NCBI GenBank assembly: GCA_963665115.1
Contig: OY762007.1
Span: forward strand, 5,920,001-5,984,000
Direction of reading: 5' to 3'
Length of the DNA: 64,000 bases
Source of the DNA: an uncultured Rivularia sp.
Lineage (GTDB): Bacteria; Cyanobacteriota; Cyanobacteriia; Cyanobacteriales; Nostocaceae
Position numbers and translations under genes: made by a program
In this document: positions 60,010-64,000 of the stretch, piece by piece
Position numbering within the stretch: position 1 is the stretch's first letter
How the letters are laid out: each line of letters begins with the position of its first letter
The notes under the pieces: generated by a model
What the model saw: only the letters and a program-made list of their open reading frames with translations
What the model was told of the DNA's origin: nothing
Databases searched by the model: none

Positions 60010-61131
60010 CTACTTATTTAATAACCTCGCTTTCTTTAACCGCGATATCAATCCTGGACGTTTACTGTAATCTTTTTGTATTTGATTAATGCTAGCTTGA
60101 AACTCTTCTAACTCTCCTTGGTACTCAGCCAAATCCGGTAAATCAATCAAATTAGCAACAGCTTGGTCGTAAGGTTTCGCTTGTTTGAGTGCAATTGCTT
60201 CAAATACTTGCTCCCAAACTTTATCTTTTTTATTTGCTAATACTTCTAATTCTTGTATCCTGGCTTGACGTTCTAATTCTCTCTCTTTTTTAAGTCGTTG
60301 ATTCGTTTCTTCTTCAGCCAATCCTAATAATTGGGATAATGTACGTCTGTTTATATTACTATCAATATTTATTGATTTTTTACCAGATAATTCCCGCAGT
60401 CTATGAGTTAATTGTATTCCAAGATGAGATTCGCCTTTTAGGAGTCGAATTAAGAAATCATTTCTTTCTTGTTCGCTCAATTCTGTTATCAAATCCTCTA
60501 AATGTTCTTCTTCCTCTTCTTGAAAATCACTAGCTGAAGCTGCTACTGAAATCAAGTCTTCGTCAATTTCAAAAAAATCAATAAAAGACGAAAGCGAAGC
60601 TGATAGATTATCCAAGTTGGGAGGTACAAGAGGCTCAACTAAATCTTTTTCTTCAAAGCTAAAATAAATTGTTGCAGCTTTTAGCCAAGCAAGATATAAG
60701 CATCGATAATCACCTTGCAATATTTTATCCCGTAGCGATACCATACCAGATAAATAACCTTCACCAGTTTCTATCCAACCACCACCATCTTCTGCACTAA
60801 TATTTATGTCTAAAATTACAGAATTGTGCGTTGTTGAAACTGTAATAAAATCTTCTATACAGTAAGGTTGTAATACTGCCGAATTTATTAAAGATTTGGG
60901 AAAACGAAACATCAACTGACGAGAACCCCAATTAGCCATATAAAGCATCATATCGAAGCATTTATCTAAAACTTCTTGGGGATTACCACGAAAATCTCCG
61001 TAATTGTAAACAAATATTGCTTGGTTAGATGTTATTTGTACTCTACTAGAAAGACTTTCAATGAATCGCTTTTGTGTAACAGTTAGGGGTTTATCTAATG
61101 CTAAGAATTCATAATATTGATATTCGCTCAT
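60010..61131 (-). CDS. Conserved hypothetical protein
   Basis: MSEYQYYEFLALDKPL, LSSR, YMANWGSR, GDYRCLYLAWL. Confidence 0.8.
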   Translation of the reverse strand: MSEYQYYEFLALDKPLTVTQKRFIESLSSRVQITSNQAIFVYNYGDFRGNPQEVLDKCFDMMLYMANWGSRQLMFRFPKSLINSAVLQPYCIEDFITVSTTHNSVILDINISAEDGGGWIETGEGYLSGMVSLRDKILQGDYRCLYLAWLKAATIYFSFEEKDLVEPLVPPNLDNLSASLSSFIDFFEIDEDLISVAASASDFQEEEEEHLEDLITELSEQERNDFLIRLLKGESHLGIQLTHRLRELSGKKSINIDSNINRRTLSQLLGLAEEETNQRLKKERELERQARIQELEVLANKKDKVWEQVFEAIALKQAKPYDQAVANLIDLPDLAEYQGELEEFQASINQIQKDYSKRPGLISRLKKARLLNK

Positions 61132-61260
61132 AGCACCCTTCTAAAATTAATCCTTTTTAATTTAATTTTAAATGTTAGATGTATTCCAAGATGGGAAAAT
61201 AATGAAAAATATTTTAATGCTTTAACACTGTAATAAAATTAACCATTGGAGATAGATTTT

Positions 61261-61629
61261 ATGTCCGGTACAGCACCAGATAAAAATCGAGAAGAGCGCA
61301 TCGATATGGAAGTAGTTGTTGATGCTTACAACGAAGATGAAAGGGCAATGGGATGGTACTATTACTTGGAAGATAAGTTACAATTCCCTTTTAAAGCTAG
61401 GTGGGTAAATCGCCAACGTCCTCAAGGAAAGGAAATTGAAGTAGTAGAAATGTCACCTGAAGATGAATGTATGCGCTCTATGTTTGTTGAGGTACGTTAT
61501 CGGGAAGGGGAAGTTGATGATATATTTTCTGCACGTCTTGAGGATATTCATCCGATTGAAGTTGATGAAGGAACGGCGGAAGCTATTGCTGATTGGCATT
61601 ACTGGATAGATATGGGATATGAATTTTAG
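61261..61629 (+). CDS. ccbP: CcbP-family calcium-binding protein
   Basis: VDAY..DERAMGWYYYLED.L.FPF and EAIADW.YW...GYEF match recalled Anabaena CcbP. Confidence 0.8.
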   Translation: MSGTAPDKNREERIDMEVVVDAYNEDERAMGWYYYLEDKLQFPFKARWVNRQRPQGKEIEVVEMSPEDECMRSMFVEVRYREGEVDDIFSARLEDIHPIEVDEGTAEAIADWHYWIDMGYEF

Positions 61630-61640
61630 CTCTACTTGTA

Positions 61641-62153
61641 TTAATCCCACCAATAAGAAACAACAACCGCATCCCGTTGTTCCTTATTCTCATTTCCCCA
61701 TAACGCTTCTTCAAATCGATATCTGAGCATACGCTTGAGTCGATAAGTGTATTGCGTATCAGTACCATCGGTTACTTCTACGCAATCTGCTTGCCACTTT
61801 TTACCCAAGTCTACAAGTTGAGATACTTTGGAGTCTTGATTTTCACTTAAAACATATAAGGTATCTGCGGGATAAGCAACGAAATGGATCATGCTGGTTT
61901 CTGGCATCGGACGATAATTAACCATTGCAGCAAGAGTATCAATTACACCACCAAAACTCAAACTATTTTCGTCTGGGGCAAATATCGGTTTTGTAAATAA
62001 AAAACTTTCCCATAAATTATTATGTTCTAATAAGTCAGTAATAACTTGTTCCCCATCAAAGTTATTGAATTGACGCTGCCAAACTAACGCAGCAAATAGT
62101 TCTTGAGGAGAATATGATTCGGCTATCGTTTGGATTTTAGTTAATTCCAGCAT
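61641..62153 (-). CDS. Hypothetical protein
   Basis: 170-aa ATG ORF ending YWWD. Confidence 0.65.
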   Translation of the reverse strand: MLELTKIQTIAESYSPQELFAALVWQRQFNNFDGEQVITDLLEHNNLWESFLFTKPIFAPDENSLSFGGVIDTLAAMVNYRPMPETSMIHFVAYPADTLYVLSENQDSKVSQLVDLGKKWQADCVEVTDGTDTQYTYRLKRMLRYRFEEALWGNENKEQRDAVVVSYWWD

Positions 62154-62260
62154 AGATGGATGATAGAGGCTTCACCTTATCAATACTACAATACAAATAT
62201 ACTAATATTCAAAACGGGTTGAGTATTTTAATTGGCTTCTGGGACGATAGAATGTCTTAA

Positions 62261-62374
62261 TTAGAAATTTATCGACCAGGTTCTGCTGTGGAAGTGTTAG
62301 AAAATCCCGATTCGTTATCCGGTGATAAAGTGTTACCAGGTTTCGTCTTGAATTTGCGTCGGGTGTGGGGTTGA
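62261..62374 (+). pseudogene. C-terminal remnant of Uma2-family endonuclease
   Basis: LEIYRPGSAVEVLENPDSLSGDKVLPGFVLNLRRVWG*, no start. Confidence 0.75.
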
Positions 62375-62399
62375 GGATGAAATTGCAATTATTGTTTAG

Positions 62400-62654
62400 C
62401 TAACTTCGGCAGGAATGGCACAAACCATTATCGAGATTGGTTGTAATTGCTAGGCAACCGTAGCAAAGATTGAGATAGTCCGTATGACCTTCTAAAATTT
62501 CTCCAGAGTTGCAATCATAAATTCTAGATGCAATATCGACGATTTGGGTAATGACTTGCTGAGATTTTTGCAGTCCTATAGTATTTAAAACTTCTTCGTC
62601 ATTCAACACTTGAATAACATCGTTGAGCATACGACTGCCACTATGATTTGACAT
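62400..62654 (-). CDS. Small Cys-containing hypothetical protein
   Basis: AGGAGG RBS before ATG 62654; CYGC...CHSC. Confidence 0.6.
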   Translation of the reverse strand: MSNHSGSRMLNDVIQVLNDEEVLNTIGLQKSQQVITQIVDIASRIYDCNSGEILEGHTDYLNLCYGCLAITTNLDNGLCHSCRS

Positions 62655-62751
62655 AAAACCTCCTCCTGTCTCAATGCTTGGCACGGAAATTGAATATATT
62701 AACTGAATAATATCATGGAGTAGTACAAAAAAACTAATTATAATTTCAGTT

Positions 62752-64000
62752 TCAATTATCTTCCACTGCACCTAATGCTTTGAGCGTACTTTTTTCAACT
62801 TCGGTTAAACCTGTAACGCCGGTAATATTCATGTTTTCATAAGGGTGATCGCGTTTCAATGTTTTTAGACATTTTCCGGTGTTGATGTCCCAAAATTTGA
62901 TTGTCATGTCCTGACTGCAACTGATAACGGTTTTACCATCCGAATTAAATATCACTGAATATACTGCATTTGTATGTCCATACAAGGTATAAATGCATTC
63001 TCCAGTAACAACATTCCACAACCTTACAGTTTGGTCATCACCACCGCTAACAAGCATCTTACCATCTACGCTGTAAGCTATTGTTCTAATACCTCTGGTA
63101 TGACCTTCCAAAGAATAAAGACATTTCTTAGTGGTAATACTCCATAGTTTCACTGTTTTGTCGTCACTACAACTAGCAAGAGTTTCGTCTGAAGGGCTAA
63201 AAGCAATTGACATTATCGAATGGGTATGACCTTTGAAAGAGTAGATGCATTCTCCGGTAGCTACATTCCATAATCTCATAATTCTGCTATCACAACCACT
63301 AGCTAACATCTTGCTATCTGGACTAAAGGCTAATGAGACTTCTAACCAATTTATATTTTCTTGTAAACTATAAAGGCATTCTCCAGTAGTAATATTCCAC
63401 AACTTCAAAGTTCGATCTATACTTCCAGTAGCAAGAATCATGCTATCTGGGCTAAATGCAATTGAAGCAATCCAACTCGTATGTCCTTCAAAAGTATGAA
63501 CACATTTACCTGTAGCAATATTCCATAATTTTACTGTTTTGTCAGAACTACCATTAGCAAGCAGCTTACCGTTTGGACTGAATGCTACCGAAGTGATAGA
63601 ATCAGTTTGTTTAACAAAAGCATAAATGCATTCCCTAGTCGCAACATTCCATAGCTTTATAGTTTCATCATCACTAACGCTAGCAAGTAATTTACCATCA
63701 TGATTAAATGCTATTGCTTTTTCCAAACTACTATGTCTTTGTAAAGTATGAAGACATTCTTTAGTAGAGGTATCCCATAACTTTATAGTTTGGTTATAAC
63801 CACCACTAGCAAGCTTTTTTCCATCAGGGCTGAACGCTACTGAATTTACCGAATCGGTATATCCCTCAAAAGTATAAAGACATTCTTCAGTTGCTAAATT
63901 CCACAACTTTATAGTTTTGTCAATACTGCCACTAGCCAAAATATGTCCATTCGGACTAAAGGTAACGGAATTTAGGGAGCAACGCGATTTTGTGAAAACG
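62752..64000 (-). CDS. WD40-repeat protein, 3' part (continues beyond window)
   Basis: Nine [21 protein letters not shown] repeats; [13 protein letters not shown] tail typical of cyanobacterial NACHT/NB-ARC-WD40 proteins. Confidence 0.92.
   Translation of the reverse strand, partial: VFTKSRCSLNSVTFSPNGHILASGSIDKTIKLWNLATEECLYTFEGYTDSVNSVAFSPDGKKLASGGYNQTIKLWDTSTKECLHTLQRHSSLEKAIAFNHDGKLLASVSDDETIKLWNVATRECIYAFVKQTDSITSVAFSPNGKLLANGSSDKTVKLWNIATGKCVHTFEGHTSWIASIAFSPDSMILATGSIDRTLKLWNITTGECLYSLQENINWLEVSLAFSPDSKMLASGCDSRIMRLWNVATGECIYSFKGHTHSIMSIAFSPSDETLASCSDDKTVKLWSITTKKCLYSLEGHTRGIRTIAYSVDGKMLVSGGDDQTVRLWNVVTGECIYTLYGHTNAVYSVIFNSDGKTVISCSQDMTIKFWDINTGKCLKTLKRDHPYENMNITGVTGLTEVEKSTLKALGAVEDN

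Noticed and set aside
62752..64000. Nucleotide periodicity in the last 1.2 kb as a novel array
   Set aside because: Fully explained by ordinary 42-aa WD40 repeats

Overview
AT-rich DNA from a filamentous cyanobacterium, probably Nostocales: frequent HIP1 GCGATCGC sites, STRR-type heptamer repeats and a ccbP homolog. It looks like plasmid or island DNA, with no core housekeeping, rRNA or tRNA genes and no CRISPR array. There are four blocks. (1) 1-4.45 kb: an ORF built from nine 126-bp palindrome-containing repeats, plus small plasmid/phage-type hypothetical genes. (2) 4.6-33.2 kb: a mosaic biosynthetic cluster with multi-domain GT2/GT4 glycosyltransferases, Wzm/Wzt ABC export, three TPR-sulfotransferases, a methyltransferase and a FAAL-ACP-thioesterase. 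Its most notable gene encodes a ~1556-aa polypeptide (one +1 frameshift) fusing Fe/2OG dioxygenase, UbiA prenyltransferase, DxDD class II terpene-cyclase-like domain, second dioxygenase and TPR, a candidate one-protein meroterpenoid synthase. (3) 33.6-56.2 kb: a primase-helicase-type mobile element. It has two convergent operons whose promoters share a 20-bp palindromic operator, a membrane-protein/P-loop ATPase operon, an IS66-like element inserted in a TnpB, and an IS607-type TnpB that may be nuclease-dead. (4) 56.8-64 kb: small accessory genes and the 3' end of a WD40 gene. Several single-base +1 frameshifts may be assembly errors. All calls come from motif reading; no database search was run.
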